From: a virus
Taxonomy: Duplodnaviria > Caudoviricetes
Virus record (IMG/VR): IMGVR_UViG_3300044842_000287
Span: 6,514-70,513 of that record
Direction: 5' to 3' (one strand)
Length of the DNA stretch: 64,000 nucleotides
The translations under genes were made by a program, and so were the position numbers. Under the pieces are notes generated by a model. The model did not search any database. It was given only the letters and a program-made list of their open reading frames with translations, and was not told where the DNA came from. Numbering within the stretch: the stretch's first letter is position 1; every line of letters starts with the position of its first letter. Of the stretch, positions 28,673-37,761 are shown one piece after another.

Positions 28673-29182
28673 CTATCTAGCCCACTCCCGCATCGCCATG
28701 ATACCGTTGTCCAGGAGTGAGTCATATTCAGCGATCAGTTCACCGTGTTCATCGTACATGCCGTGTTGTTTTAAGAGTTGACGTAATCCTTGCCCTAACT
28801 CGTAAACTGCACTGGCGTGTTGATTCTGTTCAGGGGTATTGGCTAGACTACGGATATGCTCATCGGCTTCCGGACCATAGAAATCCTGCGCTAAGCGTTG
28901 TACGCCTTCGTTCAAGAGTTCAGAGATGTGCTTGTCCAACTCTTCGTCTTTATCCGACAAAGCACTGATGCACGGAATCAATTCGGTGAGTTCAACGTCA
29001 GCGACATCATACTCCGTTAAGGGCGCGCCTTCAGCGATGTTTTCGTAACGGGCTTTAGGAGACGCTTTGAAATAGGTCTCTAATACCGGCGTGATATCCA
29101 CCAGATAGTAGTGACCGGGGTGCAGCGGGAGTTGCTCGAACGACGTGGCGTCGCTAAAACTAGGTTCAATATAGGAAGACAC
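28673..29182 (-). CDS. Hypothetical protein, paralog triad member
   Basis: Shares hhhDh N-terminal and hYd C-terminal motifs with the two upstream genes. Confidence 0.6.
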   Translation of the reverse strand: MSSYIEPSFSDATSFEQLPLHPGHYYLVDITPVLETYFKASPKARYENIAEGAPLTEYDVADVELTELIPCISALSDKDEELDKHISELLNEGVQRLAQDFYGPEADEHIRSLANTPEQNQHASAVYELGQGLRQLLKQHGMYDEHGELIAEYDSLLDNGIMAMREWAR

Positions 29183-29612
29183 TCGATACCTCCGGCCGGA
29201 CGGCTAGGTATAATACATCGTCAGTAATGTGTTCGAAGCTGGCGCACAGGATGCTGTTCTCGTTATAGAGGCGATGCACCTGCAACAGTTTGAACATCTC
29301 TTCAGCAAAACCGTACAAACAGTACGTGTAATTCTGGTAGCCCTGATTATCCATCTGTTTCAGAAACTTAAGCGGATGGTATTTGAAGAGCGGCGAGACG
29401 TTCGTATCGGTAATGAGCAGCGTATAATGCGCCATGAAGGACATCACCGCCACTGGCTCATTCTCAAAGTGCCCGATCATTTGCTCGACGACCATGTGGA
29501 TATACTCGGTCTGGAGCTGTGCAGGCACTTGTGGGTTAGCATAAGCGTTGTGATAAGCCCGGAATCGACTGATCACGGGAAAAACATCGATTGTGTAAAT
29601 ATGCGGGGTCAT
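29166..29612 (-). CDS. Hypothetical protein, paralog triad member
   Basis: IYTIDVFPVI...RLYNENSIL...VLYLAVRP. Confidence 0.6.
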   Translation of the reverse strand: MTPHIYTIDVFPVISRFRAYHNAYANPQVPAQLQTEYIHMVVEQMIGHFENEPVAVMSFMAHYTLLITDTNVSPLFKYHPLKFLKQMDNQGYQNYTYCLYGFAEEMFKLLQVHRLYNENSILCASFEHITDDVLYLAVRPEVSSVFLY

Positions 29613-30058
29613 GGTCGACTCAGGTAAAGGGTGCCGTTTTCGTAATCATGAAAGTCGAAGCGGTGAATGTGGGTCGGGTCGTACATATTGAACTCCACAA
29701 AGCGCTCCACCATTTTTTGCATGACTACATGCCAACACTGACGCTGGAGAGAAGACAGCTCGGTGCAGTCGAAGTATTGCGGCGCCGCATCCAGCACGTC
29801 ACGTATATTGCTGGTTGCGGGCTGATGCCCGCTGGGCAAATAGCCGACTTCATGATAAAGGTCAAAGAGGAATGCTCCGATACTACCGTACTGTAAGTTT
29901 TCATAAGCAGGTTTCTCTCCGTATGCGACAATGGTGGCGTGCATCTGTTCCAAGATGTCACTGACATCCACCACGACAAGACGGTCTACAGAACCGCGGT
30001 AATCTTCAGGCGTAAGTTCAACAAAGTCGTCCATCATTCGAGAAATAGCTGAGCCCAT
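29609..30058 (-). CDS. Hypothetical protein, paralog triad member
   Basis: LVVVDVSDIL...NMYDPTHI...TLYLSRP. Confidence 0.6.
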   Translation of the reverse strand: MGSAISRMMDDFVELTPEDYRGSVDRLVVVDVSDILEQMHATIVAYGEKPAYENLQYGSIGAFLFDLYHEVGYLPSGHQPATSNIRDVLDAAPQYFDCTELSSLQRQCWHVVMQKMVERFVEFNMYDPTHIHRFDFHDYENGTLYLSRP

Positions 30059-30642
30059 CGTTCTGAGTTCTCACTGTTATCTATCTTGGCGTTGATCTCC
30101 ACGATTTCAAGCGGGGGGATCAGCCACGAGGTTACTTTGGGTTCGACAGGGGAGGTTCGTGGATTCAGATCCAGCTGCACGATCATGAAGTCAAACGGAT
30201 TCGGGGTATGGTGATGCAGATAGCGTTCAACAATAGAACGCGCTGCGATCTCTTCCTCGAATTGTTGCTGTACGGGTTTGATGACCCCGTTCTCCGTCCA
30301 TGCCACCGAACTTGCCGGCGCCACTACGCTAGAGAGCGTGTGAATCAAATGGTCGTTACGATACCGCTCTTGCTTGAAAGTAAAGATGCCATCTTCAAAT
30401 TGCCAGATCTCACGACGACGCATTAAAAGTTGGCGATGACGTGACAGCGTATCGAAAGTGACGGTGGTTACATGTCGGCCACTGTCGACCGGTTCAATCC
30501 GCAACGCTTTAAGGCGGCGCGGATGAAAGTTAAGAATAGTCGGGCGAATAGCCCGCGGAATGGCCACGGTCAGTTTGAGGTGGCGATAAATGGCGATCGG
30601 CATGATGGTGAGAGGAAGTCGGAGTCGTAGGATATCCCCCAT
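30034..30642 (-). CDS. Hypothetical protein (start uncertain)
   Basis: About 200 aa ORF downstream of the hairpin at 30671-30686. Confidence 0.55.
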   Translation of the reverse strand: MGDILRLRLPLTIMPIAIYRHLKLTVAIPRAIRPTILNFHPRRLKALRIEPVDSGRHVTTVTFDTLSRHRQLLMRRREIWQFEDGIFTFKQERYRNDHLIHTLSSVVAPASSVAWTENGVIKPVQQQFEEEIAARSIVERYLHHHTPNPFDFMIVQLDLNPRTSPVEPKVTSWLIPPLEIVEINAKIDNSENSERWAQLFLE

Positions 30643-30693
30643 GGATGAAAAAAGAAAATACGGCATAACACCTCCCCGTAGGGAGGCGTACCT

Positions 30694-31107
30694 TTATTTA
30701 CCGAAGAGGTAATTTTCTGCTTTTAAGCCTACGTTGAGCCATATCGGCAGAATCGAGCCACTCACCAAGTGAGCCTCTTCGCGCTCGCGACATCGTTGAA
30801 GCTTGAGCGCATCTTGGATCTCATTGATCAGTTGCCGTTCCGGATCAGTGGCGGGAATGTAATGCGTCGCCATGTGATCAACATAATCGTCGGTTTCACC
30901 TTCCCAGCGGGCTTTAACTTCAGGTGTGGCCACGTCATAATTCTGTTCGATACGCAATTCCATTAACATAAAGCCGTAATAGATTGCGTCGATTCCACTG
31001 GAAATTACCCGCTTACCCTGAAAGGGGTGAAGGGATAACATACGTGACTGCTCGTCAACACAAATCGGCATGGGGAGCAGACCCATCAATTCTTCGCGGG
31101 TAAACAT
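30694..31107 (-). CDS. Hypothetical protein
   Basis: 137 aa; SD AAGGA; followed by a hairpin. Confidence 0.55.
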   Translation of the reverse strand: MFTREELMGLLPMPICVDEQSRMLSLHPFQGKRVISSGIDAIYYGFMLMELRIEQNYDVATPEVKARWEGETDDYVDHMATHYIPATDPERQLINEIQDALKLQRCREREEAHLVSGSILPIWLNVGLKAENYLFGK

Positions 31108-31118
31108 AAAAAGATTCC

Positions 31119-32024
31119 TTATTTGAACATATCACGGGCTGCGCGAGCTTGTCGATCACGGACTTCGTCGTAGGTTTGCACCAACGAATCTTCCACCCCG
31201 TACGTCGGGGCTTTACGGTTGAGCGGGATATGACTGGCCCACCGAGGTTTGCCTTGATCCACCATCTGCTGATCGAACTCACGGGACGGTGCCGCAAACA
31301 ACATGAAGGGAGGCATAGCTGGTGTGTATTCACCATCGATCAACATCAGGATCGCGCGCGCCACTTCTTGACACGCGCCCTTCTCTTTGGTGAAAGAGCC
31401 GATACCTTCAGCGATCCGGTATATAGTCCCGATAAATTCTTCCCGCATTTGTTGCGGGGTAAGTTCAGGTCCACGTACCCCGCCAGCATCCTCACCGTAA
31501 TACTTTCGCATTACTGGATAGAACTCGTCATGCAGCATGGTGGAAATCACGAGGTCAGGATCGTGCCAGTTTTCACCGTTCTCGATACAATCGTTGACGT
31601 AATCTTCGCCCGGATCAAAATACATGTTCACTGGTGGGATACCGTTTCCCCTCATGCCGTCGAGAAAGACAAGATTAGAAAACGCTACACCTTGGCAGCG
31701 GTCTTCGAGAGTACCAGCATTCGGTTCGTTAGCCCAATACCGAGCGTTGTCAACGAACCCCTTGACGATCATCTCGATACTCTCTTCACGAGTGTAGGGG
31801 CGTGGTCCGCCCGGAGGGCTGGGTGGCGGAAGTTCAATCGCGGGTTGCTCGTAGACATTTACGATGCCGCGTTCTCTCAGAACCTTTAACACGGCTTCCT
31901 TTGCCACTTCGTCGATCATCTGGTTGACTTGTTCCCGGATGAGTTCCTTCTGCGCTTCCGGGCTAAAGGGGAGATCAGTCGTGATCGGTGGAATGGGTTT
32001 CTTCGGGTTATCATCGCGCGGCAT
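31119..32024 (-). CDS. AARDLF-module family protein 1 (two module-core copies)
   Basis: Ends RDRQARAARDMFK; internal EDRCQGVAF and GACQEVAR cores. Confidence 0.7.
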   Translation of the reverse strand: MPRDDNPKKPIPPITTDLPFSPEAQKELIREQVNQMIDEVAKEAVLKVLRERGIVNVYEQPAIELPPPSPPGGPRPYTREESIEMIVKGFVDNARYWANEPNAGTLEDRCQGVAFSNLVFLDGMRGNGIPPVNMYFDPGEDYVNDCIENGENWHDPDLVISTMLHDEFYPVMRKYYGEDAGGVRGPELTPQQMREEFIGTIYRIAEGIGSFTKEKGACQEVARAILMLIDGEYTPAMPPFMLFAAPSREFDQQMVDQGKPRWASHIPLNRKAPTYGVEDSLVQTYDEVRDRQARAARDMFK

Positions 32025-32032
32025 GATGGCTC

Positions 32033-32554
32033 CTATTCGATCTCTTCGCCATAGTTAAACAGGTCGCGCGCTGCGGCTGCCAAACGGTCGCGATGCTGAT
32101 CGTAAATGGTTCCCACAGCTTTTGTGATCGTAACAGGGTCATTCGGCGAACTATCGAGTTCCACAGGACCAGTTGGCCATTGATGCATCACGTAGTCTTC
32201 CCGATTTAAATCATAATGCGAGCGATGTTGACTTTCAGGGCGAACGATGGCAACGGATGCTGTACCGTGATTTTGTCGATATGATTCCGATTCGGGTATC
32301 GGCAGCAACGCAAACGGCGGCGTGGTCTCCGAACCTTCTTTCAGAAGCTCGAATACAGTAAAGACCGCGCCGGCGACTCGGTCATCAGCCGTAAGTCGTG
32401 GGTTTTGGTTATTCGTCCCGAAGGCCGACTTGGCACGCCGTAAGGCTGCGTGAGCCAACGCTTCTAGGGCTTGTTCACGGGTTAGGGTCGGGGTCGACTC
32501 GTATTGGTTATCGGACTTGCCAATCTCGTCGACACTCAGAGTCTTCTTAGTCAT
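32033..32554 (-). CDS. AARDLF-module family protein 2
   Basis: Start reassigned to MTKKTLSV (overlaps the upstream stop); ends RDRLAAAARDLFNYGEEIE. Confidence 0.7.
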   Translation of the reverse strand: MTKKTLSVDEIGKSDNQYESTPTLTREQALEALAHAALRRAKSAFGTNNQNPRLTADDRVAGAVFTVFELLKEGSETTPPFALLPIPESESYRQNHGTASVAIVRPESQHRSHYDLNREDYVMHQWPTGPVELDSSPNDPVTITKAVGTIYDQHRDRLAAAARDLFNYGEEIE

Positions 32555-33335
32555 CGTAAGGATCTCCAAATAGGTCACGTGCAGCGGTACGATAACGCTC
32601 ACGCATCATCTCGTACATGTTCTGGTAACGATCGGTAAGGGAGCCCGGCGGACTCTTAGGGTCAACCCCATAGACCGGTGGTTTCCACGTCAGATCCATG
32701 GGTTGGCCGAAATTCCATTCCGCCATCACGCGTTCGCCGTTACGCTCCACCGCGGTCACGCAGCCACTTTCTGTTTCTGGGTCAATAGGGGTGAGTTGGA
32801 AGGCAGGGATCTCGTAAACCTCATGGCCGTTCTGGATCATGCTCAGGACTTCATGCACAGCCCCGTGCACGCGCTCCGCTACACCCAATCCCTCTTCCCC
32901 GCGTTCCACCCAGTGTTTGCCAATCCAGTACGCTGCATCAGCGACTTGATTGATCTGCTCATTGACATCCATTTTTGGCAAAGCATTGGGATTCTCTGCC
33001 GTGGGTTGTTTGTAGGTGCCGATATGGCGCACACCGTCGCCCGCGTGGTTGATTTTGTCGACACTGATTTCGATGACACTACGGATGGTATCAACCAGAC
33101 TACGTTTTTGATCAAGCGGTAATTTGTTTAATGCTTTCTCGACGGTACGGTCACCCTTGAGCTTTACGGCGCTAACCACACAGAGCGCCGCTTCGCGGAT
33201 AGGATCATCGATCGGCCACATGTCGTAGATGATATCCCGACTAGCAAAATCGTGCACCATGTCAATAGCAACCTTGGCCGACCGATATGCTGGATCATCG
33301 GGATCAGTCGGCGGTAAGTATTCTTCTCGCTTCAT
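32547..33335 (-). CDS. AARDLF-module family protein 3
   Basis: ERVHGAVHEVL core; ends RERYRTAARDLFGDPYDD. Confidence 0.7.
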   Translation of the reverse strand: MKREEYLPPTDPDDPAYRSAKVAIDMVHDFASRDIIYDMWPIDDPIREAALCVVSAVKLKGDRTVEKALNKLPLDQKRSLVDTIRSVIEISVDKINHAGDGVRHIGTYKQPTAENPNALPKMDVNEQINQVADAAYWIGKHWVERGEEGLGVAERVHGAVHEVLSMIQNGHEVYEIPAFQLTPIDPETESGCVTAVERNGERVMAEWNFGQPMDLTWKPPVYGVDPKSPPGSLTDRYQNMYEMMRERYRTAARDLFGDPYDD

Positions 33336-33340
33336 TGTGA

Positions 33341-34231
33341 TCAGTCCTTGAACAGATCTTTGGCTGCTCGGATCGTACGCTCTTTGATCTGATTAGCGTA
33401 CGTCATGTCGTAATACGCATCGTAGACACGGTTAGGGTTGAACTCACCAACGGGTGTTGGTTGTGGCACCTTACCACTGAAGCGCAACCCATAGGCTTCG
33501 CGAATGGCCCCATGGCAGGCTTCTAACTGCGTCAGGCCAGGTTTGGTACCCCAGCGGCCGGCGATCGCGTGGAAGTGGCGGAGTTCGTAGTTGAGGTCAT
33601 CAATACGGCGGTCCTCATCTATCGCGGTTTGACCATACCCTGGCATTTCATCCGTGTCTGCCGCGCCCATGATCGCACCCATGACTTCCGCGGGTTGTTC
33701 TTTCCACTCATCCACCGACCAGTATGCCACTTCACGCCCAGCGCGTACCACTCGCACGTAATCGCACGGGGTGGGATAAGGCGGCACCCGGATCTCGTTA
33801 CCGTTGTTCAAACGTAGTACGTGCTCATCTCCATAATCGGTGTTATGAACAACGTTTTCGGCTTTGGGTGCGTCGACTGCGGATTTTTCGTAGATGTTGT
33901 TTTTCGCGAGGACAGAATCGATGTGCATCTGAGCAAACTCTGTCAACACATCAACAATTTCTTCTTGATTCTCAGTTTCGAAGTTATCAAACATTTTTCG
34001 ATAACCGCGATCGCGCAAAACGCAAATTGCACCATTCGCTATTGCTCTTGCTTCGTTCACGATCGGTCTGCCGTCATACCCAGTTTCTTCTAAAGAAACG
34101 GAATTATGCTCAAAAGCAAATTTAGCTTCCTCCCTGATTTGCTTTTTATACCACTCACTTTGATGCCCGTATTTATCATCGGTATTAAAATTCGAACCGA
34201 GACCAATAACGCTATTTTCGCTCATGGTCAC
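33341..34231 (-). CDS. AARDLF-module family protein 4 (three-domain mosaic)
   Basis: EACHGAIREAY core; ends QIKERTIRAAKDLFKD. Confidence 0.7.
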   Translation of the reverse strand: MTMSENSVIGLGSNFNTDDKYGHQSEWYKKQIREEAKFAFEHNSVSLEETGYDGRPIVNEARAIANGAICVLRDRGYRKMFDNFETENQEEIVDVLTEFAQMHIDSVLAKNNIYEKSAVDAPKAENVVHNTDYGDEHVLRLNNGNEIRVPPYPTPCDYVRVVRAGREVAYWSVDEWKEQPAEVMGAIMGAADTDEMPGYGQTAIDEDRRIDDLNYELRHFHAIAGRWGTKPGLTQLEACHGAIREAYGLRFSGKVPQPTPVGEFNPNRVYDAYYDMTYANQIKERTIRAAKDLFKD

Positions 34232-35016
34232 TCCTTGAACAAGTCACGTGCTGCGCGAATCGTGCGCGATTCGATCTGCTCAGCGAAACGTTCGTCAAAA
34301 CGGTTATCGAAGGCGCGCGCTAGGCCGGTTTGGTAATTGTTGGGTCCGAGCATGCCATAATCGAGAATCGTATCACCGAACTCGACTTGATCATGGTGAC
34401 GGGCCCGCGCTTCCATGTAGTCGGGATGGGGCGACAACACGAGTTGCAACAATGGCAATCCCTCACCATCTGGGCGGTTACCTTGGCCACCGTCAATGAT
34501 ATCGAGCACACTGCGGGCAGTTCGGATACAACGTTCGACCGTAGTGAAGTTACCGGGCTCCTCACCATGTTTGATGGCGGTGTCGATCAAAGCATCGAAT
34601 AAGAACTCGCGCACTTGCGGCATCTCGACCACCCCGGTTTTCGAAACCAACAGCCGATTGTTGAGCGACTTGTAAGGATGTTCGTCGATCGCCACGATCC
34701 GCTCGTACAAGGATTCGGCGGCAGCCGCAGCGTTGGCTTGCTTGAAGATCTCGGCCACAACGTCGGTGAGATCTTTCCTCGTCGTTTTATCGATCTCGTG
34801 ACCCGAGATACCCGTGCGATCTGTCACGTAAGTGATCGCTGCTCGCGTTGCGAAATCGACGGGGGTCTTGAGGGGCGCGCCACTATACCACGTGTCGTCC
34901 TTGTTCTTTTTCGCGTGCTGGATATACCCAGCGGCCTGATCGTGAATGTAACGTTCTTCGAGCGCTTTACGCTCTTCATCCCAATCGCTGCCGAGGTCAT
35001 CGGCTCCTTTATCCAT
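34228..35016 (-). CDS. AARDLF-module family protein 5
   Basis: ERCIRTARSVL core; ends QIESRTIRAARDLFKE. Confidence 0.7.
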   Translation of the reverse strand: MDKGADDLGSDWDEERKALEERYIHDQAAGYIQHAKKNKDDTWYSGAPLKTPVDFATRAAITYVTDRTGISGHEIDKTTRKDLTDVVAEIFKQANAAAAAESLYERIVAIDEHPYKSLNNRLLVSKTGVVEMPQVREFLFDALIDTAIKHGEEPGNFTTVERCIRTARSVLDIIDGGQGNRPDGEGLPLLQLVLSPHPDYMEARARHHDQVEFGDTILDYGMLGPNNYQTGLARAFDNRFDERFAEQIESRTIRAARDLFKE

Positions 35017-35076
35017 GATGATATCCTTTCATTATCGCGCTAGGCGTTGCCACCTAGCGCTTTGTTGTGGAGAGAT

Positions 35077-36039
35077 TTATCGACCGAAACGAGCCAGCTT
35101 CCATTTCAGCATCGACTTGATCCGCTTGTAATTCTGTTTCACCCACACGCTCGGTCGTTTGATAGGGTGCCAGAGTACATTCTTACGACGGCCTTTGAAC
35201 AGACGAATCTGCATCGTGCCAAAGCTGCCCAGCTTATCATAGCCCTGGTTGGGCAGACCGTAGTAGAACCGGTTACGGTCTTCTTCAGCCACGAATTCCC
35301 CGTCACCGCCGATGTCGACGATTTGCAGACCCGCCAGCTTAAGGATGGTCGCCCACGTGTTCTCGTTGTGACCCGACCAGCCGCCTTGGTAATACATCTC
35401 GATGGTATCGAGGGCTTGCGCCGTGATGCGGAAGATCGGCAGGAAGATCAGCCACGAATCATCCGGTTGGATGTTTTGCGGTGTCACGAGGTGCGAGGCA
35501 TAGGCCCAGCCTTCGTAACCACGGGCCAAGTGCGTGGCCAGCAGATCACCCGGCTTGCGGTTGAGGTCACTGAACAATTGAGCGAGGTCGCCGGAATACT
35601 CAACATCGTCTTCCACCAGCCAGTATTGGCTGTACTGCGGATTCAGACGGCGAAACAGCAACGTCACCAGATCAGAGTTGCCCGGGATCAGGCGAAATTC
35701 CTTGGCGGCACCTTTGTTGGGGTAACCCAGCGTACGGATGGCATCCAAGCTGAACACGTAGTGCTTGATCTCGATGCCGCCGATCACCAGCTTACGAATC
35801 TCTGTGGTGGTGTTCGGCAGATACGACGCGATTGCGAACTCGTGATTCGGCCCCAGCTTCGTGAAAGCGTTGCGGAAACGGAGCAGACGCTTCTTGACGC
35901 TGAGTGGATCGGTGGTGAGGAACAGCAGGACTTGCGGGGCCGAGTTGTTATGGATTGCGGTTTGTTTCACGGTGGACTGGACAGCAGATTGATAGTCGAA
36001 GCCAGTATCCAGAAGACGCAATTGCGTAATGTCGTTCAT
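35077..36039 (-). CDS. Putative GT-A glycosyltransferase-like protein
   Basis: YWLVEDDVEYSG (xDD metal motif after a hydrophobic strand); FLPIFRIT..AL; ENTWAT; C-terminal WHPIK. Confidence 0.5.
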   Translation of the reverse strand: MNDITQLRLLDTGFDYQSAVQSTVKQTAIHNNSAPQVLLFLTTDPLSVKKRLLRFRNAFTKLGPNHEFAIASYLPNTTTEIRKLVIGGIEIKHYVFSLDAIRTLGYPNKGAAKEFRLIPGNSDLVTLLFRRLNPQYSQYWLVEDDVEYSGDLAQLFSDLNRKPGDLLATHLARGYEGWAYASHLVTPQNIQPDDSWLIFLPIFRITAQALDTIEMYYQGGWSGHNENTWATILKLAGLQIVDIGGDGEFVAEEDRNRFYYGLPNQGYDKLGSFGTMQIRLFKGRRKNVLWHPIKRPSVWVKQNYKRIKSMLKWKLARFGR

Positions 36040-36137
36040 TGTGATTTCCTTTTGTTAATTTGAGTTATACACGGACCAAGCAGCGTACCACCACAAAAAG
36101 ACGTATCTGGCTTTCGAACTATCCCTAGTTGGAGTGC

Positions 36138-37307
36138 TTATGTGCCAAACATCTTCTTTGCGGCGTTGATGCGATTCTCTTCCATGCGGCGAGCAATCTC
36201 GTCGAAAGTCCCGCTCAGACTTTGCTGATTGGGTTGAATCAAATTCATGGGTTGATGGAAGTTCCAGATTCCCGGAACACTGCCGACACCATCGCGCCAA
36301 ACAGCGGTGGTGTAATCGATGCCATTTGGATGCGGAATCGGCACCAGTTGCATCGGCGGGACAGAATTACCGTCGCCATATTCAAACATGTCTAACACGT
36401 CGCGGATAGCGCCGCGGGCTATGTCATGGCGTGATAGCTTATCCGAGCCAGCCCACGTGTTAGCGATGTGCGCCATCGCATTGGCGAGATGCTCGTACTG
36501 TTCTGGCTCAGTCATCACAACCGGAGTTGTTTCGTACAGTGCCGCGCCCATGGGTTCGTTACTCGCTTCCTGGGTTGCGGGAATCGGGTTATACACGGTG
36601 TTCAGCTTTTGCGATACTCCGAGTGCTACTCGACGCTGGACGGTCGGGTCCTTGAACCCCGTCAACATTCGCTCAGTGACTTGGGTGATCTGATTGACGG
36701 CGGCCCCATATTGGCCATCGGCGATCGCTTGGTTGATCGAAGGTCCGTACGTGCCTGCCACAGTTGAACTTGAGAAAGCGAAGTAATGCGGCCCTTGGTA
36801 TTCGCTCCACCCGCCGAATTCACCCAGCCTTGGCTTGCTGCAATACCATGCTGCGTCGACTTGGTAACTTTCCAGTCCATGACCATCGTCCATGAGAGCA
36901 GCCAGCTCGAACAGCCATTTGAGTTCTGGCGTTTCGTAAGGATCGACTGATTTCATGTAGTTGGTATGTTCGAGCGCATGGGGATGCTGATCTGTCCCAA
37001 AATGCTTGAATAGTACCGTGAAGATTTGTGCGAGGTTGGAACCAAAGACGTCTACATCAACGCCACCCATTTCCTCGTCGGCGAACGCAGGGAAAGGAAG
37101 ACCGAGCGAAGAAAACAGCCCTTTTAAATCTTCTCGCAGACTTTCCCAGATGGCAGCGCGATCCATGAACTCGCCCCGGGCGATATACACCTCGCCGTTA
37201 CCTGGGTAAGATTCATCGAGGTTATAACAACCAAACAAAGCCCTGATAACGGGAGTCACGGCTTTGACCCGCATCGTGCCGACCATTTCTTCGTAATTGT
37301 TAGCCAT
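36138..37307 (-). CDS. AARDLF-module family protein 6 (ICE-like N-terminal domain)
   Basis: DIARGAIRDVL core; ends RMEENRINAAKKMFGT. Confidence 0.7.
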   Translation of the reverse strand: MANNYEEMVGTMRVKAVTPVIRALFGCYNLDESYPGNGEVYIARGEFMDRAAIWESLREDLKGLFSSLGLPFPAFADEEMGGVDVDVFGSNLAQIFTVLFKHFGTDQHPHALEHTNYMKSVDPYETPELKWLFELAALMDDGHGLESYQVDAAWYCSKPRLGEFGGWSEYQGPHYFAFSSSTVAGTYGPSINQAIADGQYGAAVNQITQVTERMLTGFKDPTVQRRVALGVSQKLNTVYNPIPATQEASNEPMGAALYETTPVVMTEPEQYEHLANAMAHIANTWAGSDKLSRHDIARGAIRDVLDMFEYGDGNSVPPMQLVPIPHPNGIDYTTAVWRDGVGSVPGIWNFHQPMNLIQPNQQSLSGTFDEIARRMEENRINAAKKMFGT

Positions 37308-37309
37308 TG

Positions 37310-37759
37310 TTATTCTCCGAATAATTCTTTAGCGGCCCTGATCTGACGGTTTTGAATTTGATCTGCGTAGTGCGTATCGTAAAGTTGATTGTATTTCTTA
37401 GATAGAATTTCCGGATCACCTTTGGTTTCGTGGTGGCTTAGGTAATAGAGCTTCGTGAGTTTGTGGCAAGCTTCATTAACCGTAATGTCGGGTATAGCTG
37501 CCACAGTCTCGGCAATGTTAAAGTAATTGCAAGCTTCACTGTGTTGTCGTCTCGATTGCCACCGCAGTGCCTTCTCCGTCAACTCAGCGATAAGATCATC
37601 CACGCTGCGATCACTACGTTTGAGCATATTGGCGTATTCTGCCCCCAAACGACCCAAGACTTCATTGTCGATCTGATCACGCAGCTTATCAAGTTGCTGA
37701 TAGAAATCCTGATAGAGTGCTACGATTGGATCGTTTTCTTTAGCTTGTCTACCCTTCAT
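37310..37759 (-). CDS. AARDLF-module family protein 7
   Basis: EACHKLTKLY core; ends QIQNRQIRAAKELFGE. Confidence 0.7.
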   Translation of the reverse strand: MKGRQAKENDPIVALYQDFYQQLDKLRDQIDNEVLGRLGAEYANMLKRSDRSVDDLIAELTEKALRWQSRRQHSEACNYFNIAETVAAIPDITVNEACHKLTKLYYLSHHETKGDPEILSKKYNQLYDTHYADQIQNRQIRAAKELFGE

Positions 37760-37761
37760 CT

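Noticed and set aside
30694-31107. Tenth member of the module array (ends YLFGK)
   Set aside because: No AA[RK] and no ERCHG-like core; the similarity is limited to LFG.
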